Virus record (IMG/VR): IMGVR_UViG_3300033977_000049
Coordinates: 1 to 64,000 of that record
Length of the DNA: 64,000 bases
Source: a virus
Strand: one strand, 5' to 3'
Shown: positions 8,793-17,877 of the stretch, one piece after another
Layout of the letters: the number at the start of each line of letters is the position of its first letter
How positions within the stretch are numbered: the first letter of the stretch is position 1
Notes under the pieces: model-generated
Seen by the model: only the letters and a program-made list of their open reading frames with translations
The model's database searches: none
What the model was told of the DNA's origin: nothing
Position numbers and translations under genes: made by a program

Positions 8793-9866
8793 ATGACATT
8801 AAGTGAGCAGGATCTTAATACGCTAAAAAGATTGGTAACCGTGCTCTATAATGCCACCAAATCATATAGGAATTCTCAAATCACTTTTAATGCTAAAGTG
8901 GAAACTTTACATGCGGCTGATTATGGAATCGATATCGTAACCCCATTTCCGTTTTCCGGAATCGATCCTGCTATATTGTTTCGGGTAAACGCAAAAGCTT
9001 TGCGCGATGTTTTGGTGGAATTCGATAAAGAAATAGAGTTTAAGCCAGAAGAAAATTTTCTTTATATAGAAAGGGAATCTGCCAAGATTAAAATTCCTAT
9101 TCAGAAAGTTAAAATTATTCCTGATATGCCTGTATTAGAGGGAATATTAGGCCTACAGTGTCCTGGTAAACAACTTTGTGAGCTTTTGGATTATGCGTTA
9201 ATGATTGAATTGAATTTAGGATATCCCGACATTCAAATCGAATTAAATAAAAGTCAATTACGGGTCTTTTCTACCGATGGACGCTGTTTAGTTATGGCAC
9301 AACAAAAATTAGAATCTGACCATCCCCCTGATCCATATACGATTTTAATCGGAAGACATGCGGCAGAAGTAGTGCAAATGGTCGGATCTAAATTAAAAGA
9401 TATCATAATCTTTGCTAATGAAAATACTTTAGCTTTTGATTTAGGAAATATCCGTCTATATGCTCGTCCTAGTAGTCGTAAATTTCCTGATTACGGAGGT
9501 TTTATGGATTTTCCATATAGGAATTCTTATTATATTGCACCGTCAAATATTAAAAAGGCTTTAAAGATTTTGGCAACAGTTATAGAAGATGAAAAGGGAA
9601 CTACAGTAATATGGAGATTCTCAGGGGATAAATTAACCCTATCAGTGAATGATGAACAAGCAAATAATACCATCGAGATAACTCCCATAACGTATGATCC
9701 CGCCTTTGGCGGATCAGATGAAACAGTAAAGCTTGGATATGCTTATCTTAAAAAAATATTTGATATTTTTCATGATACGGTCATGGTTAAAATTCACACG
9801 GATGATGGGAAGCCAGTGCAGTTTGAATGTAATAATGTTAGGGTTACATTGGCGCAAAAGGTATAA
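8793..9866 (+). CDS. dnaN: DNA polymerase III beta sliding clamp homologue
   Basis: 357 aa; STDGRCL (ATDGHRL-like) and KFPDY motifs; C-terminal KPV. Confidence 0.8.
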   Translation: MTLSEQDLNTLKRLVTVLYNATKSYRNSQITFNAKVETLHAADYGIDIVTPFPFSGIDPAILFRVNAKALRDVLVEFDKEIEFKPEENFLYIERESAKIKIPIQKVKIIPDMPVLEGILGLQCPGKQLCELLDYALMIELNLGYPDIQIELNKSQLRVFSTDGRCLVMAQQKLESDHPPDPYTILIGRHAAEVVQMVGSKLKDIIIFANENTLAFDLGNIRLYARPSSRKFPDYGGFMDFPYRNSYYIAPSNIKKALKILATVIEDEKGTTVIWRFSGDKLTLSVNDEQANNTIEITPITYDPAFGGSDETVKLGYAYLKKIFDIFHDTVMVKIHTDDGKPVQFECNNVRVTLAQKV

Positions 9867-9874
9867 GGATTTCA

Positions 9875-10519
9875 ATGACTGTTGACCCAAATAATATACC
9901 GCTGAAAATGACACGAGAAGAATTGGAATATTGGATTCTCTTTGCTATTTGTGTTGCTAATAAACCAGCAAGCGTGACATCTCAAAAGATGAATCAATTC
10001 ATGGCGCTATCTGAAAAATCGATGCCATTTGAAAAAGTTCAAGACATGTTAGATCATAATAATCTTGATTATTGTTTGCGTTTAGTAAAATTCGGTCAAT
10101 ATAAGCGTATTAATAAAGCATTTATAGAAGCTATTAAATTAGATTTAATAAAATTAGAACAAGCTGAGCCGCCTGAAGCTCTTCAAATGCTTATTAATAT
10201 TTCGGGTATAGGTACTAAAACGGCCCGTATGATTTTAATGTATGCCTTTCCAGCGCATGCAGATCTATGGGTTCCGCTGGATACGCATATTCTTAAATTT
10301 TTACGCAAACAGGGTTATGTTACACCGGCGCACACTCCCCCTGCCGGTATTATCTATAACATTCTTCAAGATGCATTTCGCCGTGAAGCTCAAAAGCGAA
10401 ATATGACCATGCGGGAATTGGATACTAAAGTTTGGTTATCTTATGCAGAGAATAAGGGGGATCTTTCCTGGGATATACAAGCGGAGCAAAATAATGGACG
10501 AACAATTAGCCAAAACTGA
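9875..10519 (+). CDS. HhH DNA glycosylase/AP lyase, 8-oxoguanine glycosylase-like
   Basis: ISGIGTKTARMIL helix-hairpin-helix with catalytic Lys, PLDTHILKFL Asp motif, ELDTKVW end. Confidence 0.8.
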   Translation: MTVDPNNIPLKMTREELEYWILFAICVANKPASVTSQKMNQFMALSEKSMPFEKVQDMLDHNNLDYCLRLVKFGQYKRINKAFIEAIKLDLIKLEQAEPPEALQMLINISGIGTKTARMILMYAFPAHADLWVPLDTHILKFLRKQGYVTPAHTPPAGIIYNILQDAFRREAQKRNMTMRELDTKVWLSYAENKGDLSWDIQAEQNNGRTISQN

Positions 10520-11195
10520 AAAATTAGAAAAATTTATATTTACCCCATCTGATAAAAAGCGGGCGGGAGAATTAAAAAAGGAAATCGATGATACTGTAGT
10601 GCGGATTGCAGATGGGTATATTGCAGTCCACCAGGGATTCGTCCGGCTTGGGGCTTTGGTTTTAGAAGTAGAACAGAAGAAATTTTGGTATTTGTGGGGG
10701 TCTACTTCTTATCATAATTATATTTATGATTTGGGCAAGAAAATTCTTAAGGGGCATACGCAGATCTATAATGCGGTTAGCGTTGCGAGACATTTACTTC
10801 CTCATGTGAATGAAAAAGATTTAGAAGATATGGGTATCACAAATGCGAATGCCCTTGCTAGAGTGGTAAGGATAACCGGTCAAGCGCCTTCAGAAGGTAT
10901 TGTAGAAGCTGGGAAAGCGATGACGCTTCCCGAATATCGCGCTGCTCTTGAAAAAGAATTCAAAGTAATTGATACTAAGCCTGGTGAAAAATATCGAGAC
11001 TTGGGAGGTTTCTGGTGTACAGATGAAGAATGGGAAACGATTCAGCAGGCATTAAGAATTTTAAAAGTGCAGATGATTAAATCAGGGGAAGTCACAAAAG
11101 ATAGTAACGAACAATATATTTTTAAGATTTCTATATTGCATATGGCAGAGGAAATTATAGGAACCTATTCAGAGGAGGAATCAAATGATCGTTAA
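10494..11195 (+). CDS. Hypothetical protein
   Basis: GGAG RBS before ATG 10494; helical protein. Confidence 0.6.
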   Translation: MDEQLAKTEKLEKFIFTPSDKKRAGELKKEIDDTVVRIADGYIAVHQGFVRLGALVLEVEQKKFWYLWGSTSYHNYIYDLGKKILKGHTQIYNAVSVARHLLPHVNEKDLEDMGITNANALARVVRITGQAPSEGIVEAGKAMTLPEYRAALEKEFKVIDTKPGEKYRDLGGFWCTDEEWETIQQALRILKVQMIKSGEVTKDSNEQYIFKISILHMAEEIIGTYSEEESNDR

Positions 11196-11409
11196 AATAA
11201 CCCTTAAATATACTTCATTAGGTTTGGGATCTGTTTATCAATATCCTCTTGAGCGAGTATTCTTGGATGTAAAAAAGATTTCTTTTTCTCCTAGATTTGT
11301 GGTAGTGAAATTGGAATCGGGTGCAACGCATTCATTTCCTATAAATGAAATTCTTGAAATAACTAGAAAAGAAGGAAGTGCTTCCCGTGGACCGGAAATA
11401 AAAGTATAA
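11185..11409 (+). CDS. Hypothetical protein
   Basis: GGAGG RBS; overlaps upstream stop. Confidence 0.55.
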   Translation: MIVKITLKYTSLGLGSVYQYPLERVFLDVKKISFSPRFVVVKLESGATHSFPINEILEITRKEGSASRGPEIKV

Positions 11410-11415
11410 TTTAAA

Positions 11416-11787
11416 ATGAAAGCAATTGCTTATGTGGAATTAAAAGACGGTCAGCCGATTCGGATTTTTCGTACCGTAAAATCGGCTATGGCATATTCTG
11501 CCAAGATAGTTACGCATCCTGAATTAAAAAACCGGCAGGTTGTGCCGATGGCAAGGATGGATGCGGTTAGAGCGATTAGGAATAAAATATTTGAAATGCA
11601 AGGCCATCGCTGCTTATGGTGCGGAGAATGGCTGGCCAAGGATACAGCGCAGATGCATGAACAGCAGCCGCGTGGGGAAGGCGGCGAAATTAGCTTGGAA
11701 AATTCGATTGTGCTTTGCTATGATTGCCATCAGGGAAGAAAAGATAGTGCCCATGGGAATCGAAGATTACATTTTGGAGGTAAATAA
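11416..11787 (+). CDS. HNH endonuclease
   Basis: CLWC...MHE..PRGEGG...EN...LCYDCH. Confidence 0.8.
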   Translation: MKAIAYVELKDGQPIRIFRTVKSAMAYSAKIVTHPELKNRQVVPMARMDAVRAIRNKIFEMQGHRCLWCGEWLAKDTAQMHEQQPRGEGGEISLENSIVLCYDCHQGRKDSAHGNRRLHFGGK

Positions 11788-11969
11788 TGTGGATTAGATT
11801 AACAATGCCCAATGATAAAAGTATCTATGTAAATTCAGAAGCTATGGATTTTATTCGACTCCCCTTAGCTGTAGAAAATGGGGAATGTGTCATTGGATTT
11901 GCATCTGGACATATACAAGCATTTAAAGAATCCTTTACTGAGGTTATATCTAAAATCATCAAGGAATAA
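11787..11969 (+). CDS. Hypothetical protein
   Basis: GGAGG RBS; TAATG overlap. Confidence 0.55.
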   Translation: MWIRLTMPNDKSIYVNSEAMDFIRLPLAVENGECVIGFASGHIQAFKESFTEVISKIIKE

Positions 11970-11972
11970 AAT

Positions 11973-12557
11973 ATGGGAACCACGAGTCAAACCAAAATCA
12001 CTGTTACCTGTGACAATCCTAAATGCGATGCGGTTGTGGAATGGGTTGCGGAAGAAGTAGAACAAAATGAAGAGGCTGTTCCGGAAGCCTTTTTCCGGAT
12101 TTTAAAATTAACTCGAAGTTATATTGATCCGGCTTCTGGCGAAAAATTAAATCTTTGTTTTTGTTCGGCGCATTGTTTAATTAAATGGCTTCAAAGTTGT
12201 TATAAGCCCTCTATTTCTCCGCGTGAAAAGACTCGGCAGATGCAGGGCAATAAGGATATTTCCAAGGCTGAAAGTGCTTGCAAGGCAACTGGTGTTATCG
12301 ACACCATTCCGCCCCCGCTACCGGAGGGGATAATATTATCCCCTCCGCATTTTCTGCAAGGCGAAGAGAAAATAGTTCGGGCTGAGGAGGTCGATAAAAA
12401 AGCGGTCAACGTAGTTCCAGCCCCGATACCGGAGGGAATGGTATTATTCCCTCCGTATCCTCTTGCTCCAAAACAAGCAGAAGATGCTGCGGCAATGCAA
12501 GCGGATAATGTAACACCCTTGGAAAGTATTGAAAATGAAAACATTAATCCATCATAG
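11973..12557 (+). CDS. Zn-binding hypothetical protein with Pro-rich tail
   Basis: CDNPKC...FCSAHC; internal repeat PPPLPEGIILSPP / PAPIPEGMVLFPP. Confidence 0.6.
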   Translation: MGTTSQTKITVTCDNPKCDAVVEWVAEEVEQNEEAVPEAFFRILKLTRSYIDPASGEKLNLCFCSAHCLIKWLQSCYKPSISPREKTRQMQGNKDISKAESACKATGVIDTIPPPLPEGIILSPPHFLQGEEKIVRAEEVDKKAVNVVPAPIPEGMVLFPPYPLAPKQAEDAAAMQADNVTPLESIENENINPS

Positions 12558-12565
12558 GAGGAAAA

Positions 12566-12946
12566 ATGTGGATTTATGAACAAGCTACCGGTCGTCTATT
12601 AACTCCCGATATAAGCCATATAGCTACCGGTTATGCAGGTGGTAATGAAGGAAAAAATCCTGAAGGCAAAAATAATCCAGATATGCAATGTATTCCAGAT
12701 GTGGGGCCATTGCCACGCGGTATTTATTATATGCAGGAACCAGTGGAGCATCGCTTAGGGTTATTCGCAATACCATTATTGCCAGATAAAAATAATGATA
12801 TGTGCGGACGCGGAGGATTTTATTGCCATGGTGATAAAATTTCTGATCCGGGAAACGGATCAGAAGGATGTATTGTGATGCCAAATGAAATCCGTCATAA
12901 GATGTGGGATTCCATAGATCATGTTATAGCAGTGGTACATGGATAA
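12566..12946 (+). CDS. Tlde1/DUF2778-family L,D-transpeptidase-fold peptidoglycan enzyme
   Basis: GYAG, GPLPRGIY, RGGFYCHGD...SEGCIV (His/Cys dyad). Confidence 0.8.
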   Translation: MWIYEQATGRLLTPDISHIATGYAGGNEGKNPEGKNNPDMQCIPDVGPLPRGIYYMQEPVEHRLGLFAIPLLPDKNNDMCGRGGFYCHGDKISDPGNGSEGCIVMPNEIRHKMWDSIDHVIAVVHG

Positions 12947-13406
12947 AAATATGGATGAAGATCTTCAAAGAGAATATTTAAGTCCGGCTGGATACTTGCT
13001 TTATTTAGCATGTACTTTAGCCTGGAGGGAAGAAAGAAGTAATGGATTAAATGGAATGATGGGAGTATTGTTTGTGCTTCGCAATCGGGTGAAGAAAGAA
13101 TTTTTCGGTGGATCGCTCTATAAAAATATTATTCAGCACGGTCAATTTTCCAGCATGACGATTGTGGGAGATTCCCAGACTGTTGCATATCCTGATCCCG
13201 CTGATCCGACATTCCAAAAATTAATGTCTATGGCCCCTTCGATTCTTAGTGGGGCTAATGAAGGTGATATTACGGCGGGGGCTTTATATTATGCCGATCT
13301 TGGAAGCCCTGCATATGTTAAGGGCGGATGGTTTGATAAGACGATAGTGAATTCTAGCCAACATGAAAGAACAGCGGCAATCGGCAGCACCTTATATTTT
13401 AACTAG
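12939..13406 (+). CDS. SleB/Hydrolase_2 cell-wall hydrolase (endolysin candidate)
   Basis: LAWREER...GMMGVLFVLRNRV...QFSS...GALYY. Confidence 0.8.
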   Translation: MDKNMDEDLQREYLSPAGYLLYLACTLAWREERSNGLNGMMGVLFVLRNRVKKEFFGGSLYKNIIQHGQFSSMTIVGDSQTVAYPDPADPTFQKLMSMAPSILSGANEGDITAGALYYADLGSPAYVKGGWFDKTIVNSSQHERTAAIGSTLYFN

Positions 13407-13415
13407 GAGAATGAA

Positions 13416-14213
13416 ATGAAATTGTTATTGGCTTTAATTTTGGCTGTATTATCTGCACCATTGCTTTTGGCACAAACTCTTTCCCAGGCGGAGAAGGATT
13501 ATGTCAACAATACATTGTACCCCGCGACAGCGTTATTATATGTGCAAAACTCGGAAGGTTCCATGGACATGCGATGCACAAGCACGGCCATAGCAGAAGA
13601 TGATAAAAGTTATACATTTGTCAGCGCAAGCCACTGTGGATGCGTAGAAGATACAGTGAAAAATCTTGTGACTCCAGAAAAAACTTTTTTCTTTATAGCG
13701 CCGGATTCCAGTAAAGATAAAATTTACCTTCGAGCAACTGTTGTGGGATGCGGATTCCGCCATCGTGGTGATGATTTTTTATTGCTCACTATAGGTAAGA
13801 CTGTACATTTCCCTATTGTACCGCTTGGTAAAGATCCCAAATTACTTGATGCATTTATTAATATAGGGGGGCCGCTAGGATTAGGACGACAAGTTTTTCT
13901 TGGTTCGGTTAGTGCTCCGAAGGTAGATAGACCTATAATAGAGGGTGATATAAATTGGGAAGGGGCTGTATTAATTCAGGAATTTGGTGTAAATGGCGGA
14001 TCTAGCGGATCAAGTGTTATATGTCTCGATCAGCATGCTGTGTGCGCGTGTATAGTGGGTAGCGTTGGAGAGACTACTATAATCGGAATGCCAGTTTCCA
14101 GATTAATTAAATTTAAGGCTGATTTAGAGGCTGGAAAATACCGCTGGTATAATTCAAATCCCGATTTGCCTGCAAAAATCATTGTAGAAGGAGAGAGCGG
14201 AAAGAAAGACTAA
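13416..14213 (+). CDS. Secreted trypsin-like (S1) serine protease
   Basis: Signal peptide; triad motifs SASHC, DDFLLL, GGSSGS. Confidence 0.8.
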   Translation: MKLLLALILAVLSAPLLLAQTLSQAEKDYVNNTLYPATALLYVQNSEGSMDMRCTSTAIAEDDKSYTFVSASHCGCVEDTVKNLVTPEKTFFFIAPDSSKDKIYLRATVVGCGFRHRGDDFLLLTIGKTVHFPIVPLGKDPKLLDAFINIGGPLGLGRQVFLGSVSAPKVDRPIIEGDINWEGAVLIQEFGVNGGSSGSSVICLDQHAVCACIVGSVGETTIIGMPVSRLIKFKADLEAGKYRWYNSNPDLPAKIIVEGESGKKD

Positions 14214-14221
14214 GGTGATAC

Positions 14222-14557
14222 ATGTTATATGCATTTACTGCAATTACGCTGGCTTTACTAATCTTATTAGTGGGTGGGGGCACCGTGGCTATCGTGGCCC
14301 TCTGGTCTTCTTCCAGAACTTATCGACAAATAGCAGAACAATTAAAAGAGGAAGGATTGCGCTTGGCTGCTCAACTTGCAGAGCGCGACCTTCACTGCCA
14401 AGCGGTGGCAAAAGCTTTAGAAATAGAACGCAATGTCTTCCAGGAATTTATTAAGAAGCCTATTATTGCCGCTCTTAGTACAGAACAATTTCAAATTTTG
14501 GTTCGGGAAATTAAGTCGGGATTAAAGTACGATAAAGATAAGGAATTATTGAATTAA
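14222..14557 (+). CDS. Membrane protein with coiled coil
   Basis: N-terminal TM helix followed by a heptad region. Confidence 0.55.
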   Translation: MLYAFTAITLALLILLVGGGTVAIVALWSSSRTYRQIAEQLKEEGLRLAAQLAERDLHCQAVAKALEIERNVFQEFIKKPIIAALSTEQFQILVREIKSGLKYDKDKELLN

Positions 14558-15009
14558 TGAACATAAAAGCGATTAACGCTCGCCTTGAAAAATCTTATGG
14601 CATAACCCTGGACGAATATAATCAACTGTTGAAAAGCCAGGATGGGGTGTGTGCAATTTGCAAACGTCCGCCAAAGAAAAATATGCTTAGCGTGGACCAT
14701 GACCATAAATTTAATAAAATCAAGGGCTTTGTGGCAAAATACGGCGTAAAATATGAGGCCATCCCAACCGGAAAGTTTTGGGAATTTATCAAATTAACTC
14801 CCAATAAAGGTATTATTGGGGCCACAAGAAAAGAAGCTCTGGAAAAATTTAGGGCATTTTTCAAAAGAAGATCAATAAGAGGTTTGTTATGTATGAGATG
14901 CAATCGTTCTCTACAAATGATGTGCGATGATCCTGTCAGATTAAGGAGAGCGGCTGATTATTTAGAGCTATTTAATTTGTCCGTAAAGCGGACGGATACA
15001 ATACAATGA
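14557..15009 (+). CDS. Endonuclease VII-family nuclease
   Basis: YGITLDEY...Q.GVCAIC...VDHDH...RGLLCMRCN. Confidence 0.85.
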   Translation: MNIKAINARLEKSYGITLDEYNQLLKSQDGVCAICKRPPKKNMLSVDHDHKFNKIKGFVAKYGVKYEAIPTGKFWEFIKLTPNKGIIGATRKEALEKFRAFFKRRSIRGLLCMRCNRSLQMMCDDPVRLRRAADYLELFNLSVKRTDTIQ

Positions 15010-15317
15010 TTGCAAAATATACTTGCATTAGATGCCATAAAAAGATTAAAGAGGAAGCGTGGTTACATTATGATAAAATAGAATTGGCATTATGCAAAGA
15101 ATGTACTATAAAATCCGTTATGCAATGGGAATCGGATCTCCTGGCGGCAATCAATATTCCTAGCGCTGCTATAGCTGCTTTAGGTAAAAGAGCTAACGGC
15201 TTAGCCGGTAGAACTAAAGGCAAAATAGTTAGAAATCATAATCCGGCAATGCCAACATTATCACTAGAAAGAATGTTTGCGATGGCAAAATCGGTATGGC
15301 AAAAGACTATAATATAA
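15006..15317 (+). CDS. Zn-finger hypothetical protein
   Basis: CIRC...CKEC. Confidence 0.5.
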   Translation: MIAKYTCIRCHKKIKEEAWLHYDKIELALCKECTIKSVMQWESDLLAAINIPSAAIAALGKRANGLAGRTKGKIVRNHNPAMPTLSLERMFAMAKSVWQKTII

Positions 15318-15520
15318 ATACAAAACAGGAAAACAATTCTGAAATGATATTTAATCAGGCGGTTACATTTAGAAGTGTAAGAATGAAAGATCCGGACTTT
15401 ATTACTTTGCATAATATATGTAAATTATTAGATTGTAAGCCAAGTCAAGTATCGAGAAAAGTAAAAGAACTTTTTGATGAGATAGAAAATCTTATAAAAC
15501 AGATTAGGGAATTTCACTAG
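15296..15520 (+). CDS. Hypothetical protein, possible HTH
   Basis: LHNICKLLDCKPSQVSRK helix-turn-helix-like pattern. Confidence 0.4.
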   Translation: MAKDYNINTKQENNSEMIFNQAVTFRSVRMKDPDFITLHNICKLLDCKPSQVSRKVKELFDEIENLIKQIREFH

Positions 15521-15555
15521 GATAAAAGTTGTAAATGAATTTTTAGGAGATTAGA

Positions 15556-16383
15556 ATGAAAAAGATTTGTGTTGTTTCGGATATTCATGCGGGAAGTAGT
15601 TATGGATTACTTCCTCCGAATGCACATTATGGAGAGAATGACTGTCCGCAAAATGATTGCCAAAAATATCTTTGGGATCTATGGCTGAAACATTGCGAAA
15701 CTTTGAAGCAATTAAGGCCCGATCTTTGCATTTTTTTGGGCGATGCTATAGACGGAGATCAATGGAGAAATGGTGGGAGGGAAGTTCGCTCTGTAATTCT
15801 TTCTGCTCAAATTGAATGGGCAAGCGAGATCCTTTCTTATCTTCCTAAAGTTCCTAAATATTTTATCCATGGAACTCCTTATCATGATGGCAAGTCGGGA
15901 GAATGCCTTGAATTAGTTGCAAAAGATATGAAGGCCGTTCAGCCTCCAAAGGGATATCCTTTAGCTGGAAATTATTCCTTCCATAGCCTGGATTTATCTA
16001 TGGAAGGAGTGGATATTAATTTTTTACATGAAATTCCCATTAGCGGAGCGTTATATCGAGGGGTGGCTCCAGATAGGGAAATGATTTGGAGCGCCCTGGC
16101 CGGGAAAGAAGGAAAGGCTTTAAAATGCGATTTGGTTGTAAGGGCGCATGCTCATTATTTTGTACATGTAGAACATGCAAGTAAACATGGCGTGATTAAT
16201 CCCTGCTGGCAACTTCCTACGCCTTATACTACTAGAAAATCCGCTTTCCGGATGATACCGGATATAGGAGGAACCTTTATTACGGTTGATGGTAAAGCAA
16301 AAGAGGCAGGAAGAGATCCTATTTTTGTTCAAAAATTTATTTATCCTCTGCCTCTATTTAAATCCATATCAATAGGGAAATAA
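15556..16383 (+). CDS. Calcineurin-like metallophosphoesterase
   Basis: SDIH, LGDAIDG, GTPYH, H, AHAH motifs. Confidence 0.85.
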   Translation: MKKICVVSDIHAGSSYGLLPPNAHYGENDCPQNDCQKYLWDLWLKHCETLKQLRPDLCIFLGDAIDGDQWRNGGREVRSVILSAQIEWASEILSYLPKVPKYFIHGTPYHDGKSGECLELVAKDMKAVQPPKGYPLAGNYSFHSLDLSMEGVDINFLHEIPISGALYRGVAPDREMIWSALAGKEGKALKCDLVVRAHAHYFVHVEHASKHGVINPCWQLPTPYTTRKSAFRMIPDIGGTFITVDGKAKEAGRDPIFVQKFIYPLPLFKSISIGK

Positions 16384-16385
16384 AT

Positions 16386-16700
16386 ATGGATGCTAAAAAA
16401 TATTTTAAAGATCAAATATTAGCCATGAAAAATATTAAGCCAAGAATTGTGGATATGAATATTAATTTTATTATTAATGATATTCCTTTTAAAGAATCGA
16501 ATACAGATAGGGTTAAGAAATATTTGCAATCTTTATCATTAGGGAAAATGGTTACAACCAATAAGCTTGCTAATATTTTACAGATACATCCGGCGGATTA
16601 TTCTTTAAAAAAATTATCCGATTATCAAGTTCGATATAATGGAATAAAATATTGGGGAAATATAGATACTATAAAGAAATTTAAAGAAAAATATCTTTAA
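16386..16700 (+). CDS. Hypothetical protein
   Basis: Operon-embedded ORF. Confidence 0.5.
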   Translation: MDAKKYFKDQILAMKNIKPRIVDMNINFIINDIPFKESNTDRVKKYLQSLSLGKMVTTNKLANILQIHPADYSLKKLSDYQVRYNGIKYWGNIDTIKKFKEKYL

Positions 16701-16705
16701 TTTAA

Positions 16706-17137
16706 ATGAGATTATATTTAGCTGCTAGCTATTCTCGCAAAAAGGAAATTAAAGCCATAGCCAAGCGCTTTAGAAAGGCTGGCTTTAAAATAACATCGGA
16801 TTGGTTCAATCGCACTGATGGCCTTCATTTAAAGGAAGAGGCGGAAAGCGATATTGCCGGTGTGCGTCTGTGCGATGCGCTTGTACGCTTTACTGACAAA
16901 GCAGATGAAAGTTATGTTCCAATAGAATTAATCAGTGGCGGTAGGATGTTTGAAACGGGATTTGCCTGTGCTATAGGAAAGATTATAGTTACCGTGGGCG
17001 GGAAACAGAATGTATTTGATGATTTGCCTTATATTATTCATGCAGAAAATGTTTCACATGCGATTAAAATCTTAAGGAGAAAACGGGATGGGATCAACGC
17101 AAAGATTCGCAACGGGAGCAACGCGAGATGCAGATGA
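16706..17137 (+). CDS. Nucleoside 2-deoxyribosyltransferase-like protein
   Basis: LYLAAS...D..GV..CDALV...GGRMFETGFA. Confidence 0.75.
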   Translation: MRLYLAASYSRKKEIKAIAKRFRKAGFKITSDWFNRTDGLHLKEEAESDIAGVRLCDALVRFTDKADESYVPIELISGGRMFETGFACAIGKIIVTVGGKQNVFDDLPYIIHAENVSHAIKILRRKRDGINAKIRNGSNARCR

Positions 17138-17441
17138 AGGAAAATTAGATTATGAAGGTTTTCTTTCCCCTTTAGCAATTAAGCGATATGCTCAATATAT
17201 GCATGAGCATAGAATGCAATCAGATGGCACTTTAAGAGATTCAGATAATTGGGCCAAGGGAATTCCGCGTAGAAAATATATGAAATCGTTATATCGTCAT
17301 GTGTTAGATGTATGGTATCTCTTGCGTGAATATCCAGAACTGGCAACCACCAATGATATTCAAGATGCCCTTTGTGGAGTCATGTTTAATTCAATGGGGA
17401 TGCTCCATGAAATACTTCTTAAGAGAGACGTCAATTCATGA
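17088..17441 (+). CDS. dATP/dGTP diphosphohydrolase-like protein
   Basis: FATGATRD..GKLDY...NWAKGIP...SLYRH...FN. Confidence 0.75.
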   Translation: MGSTQRFATGATRDADEGKLDYEGFLSPLAIKRYAQYMHEHRMQSDGTLRDSDNWAKGIPRRKYMKSLYRHVLDVWYLLREYPELATTNDIQDALCGVMFNSMGMLHEILLKRDVNS

Positions 17442-17848
17442 TTTATAAAACCACCAAAGAAAATTTTGAATGCTTTAAGCAGTCTGTTATTTGCTGGCAA
17501 AAATTATTTGGCCTTACCGATTATCGTATAGAAGTAGAACACAATAAACTTCAGCGGCAGGATGCTCTGGCTCATATATCTTGCGATATAGATGAAAGGT
17601 GGGCCGTTATTACTCTCAATATAAAATGGCCTTTTAAGCCAAACGGACTCGGCTTAGAAAAATCAGCATTCCATGAAATCTGCCATCTTTTGACGGCAGA
17701 AATGGATAAGCTTGGCAAGGAAAGATATAGTACTTTGGATGAAATTAATCGGGCTAATGAAGCATTTGTTTCAAGAATGGAAAATTTCTACGAAGATTTT
17801 ATCTATCCAAAAATGAAAAATGGGCATCTTAAAAAGAATGCCCATTGA
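17438..17848 (+). CDS. Zincin-like metallopeptidase-fold protein
   Basis: AFHEICHLL HExxH motif with downstream NE. Confidence 0.65.
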   Translation: MIYKTTKENFECFKQSVICWQKLFGLTDYRIEVEHNKLQRQDALAHISCDIDERWAVITLNIKWPFKPNGLGLEKSAFHEICHLLTAEMDKLGKERYSTLDEINRANEAFVSRMENFYEDFIYPKMKNGHLKKNAH

Positions 17849-17871
17849 AATAAAAATATATATTTTTTATT
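17819..17871. terminator. Probable bidirectional terminator at the convergence of the two arms
   Basis: Inverted repeat aatgggcat/atgcccatt, followed by an AT-rich inverted repeat aataaaaa...tttttatt. Confidence 0.55.
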
Positions 17872-17877
17872 ACGTAA

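Noticed and set aside
17088-17441. 2-aminoadenine (Z) genome system
   Set aside because: No PurZ or dedicated polymerase in the window; one hydrolase is not sufficient evidence
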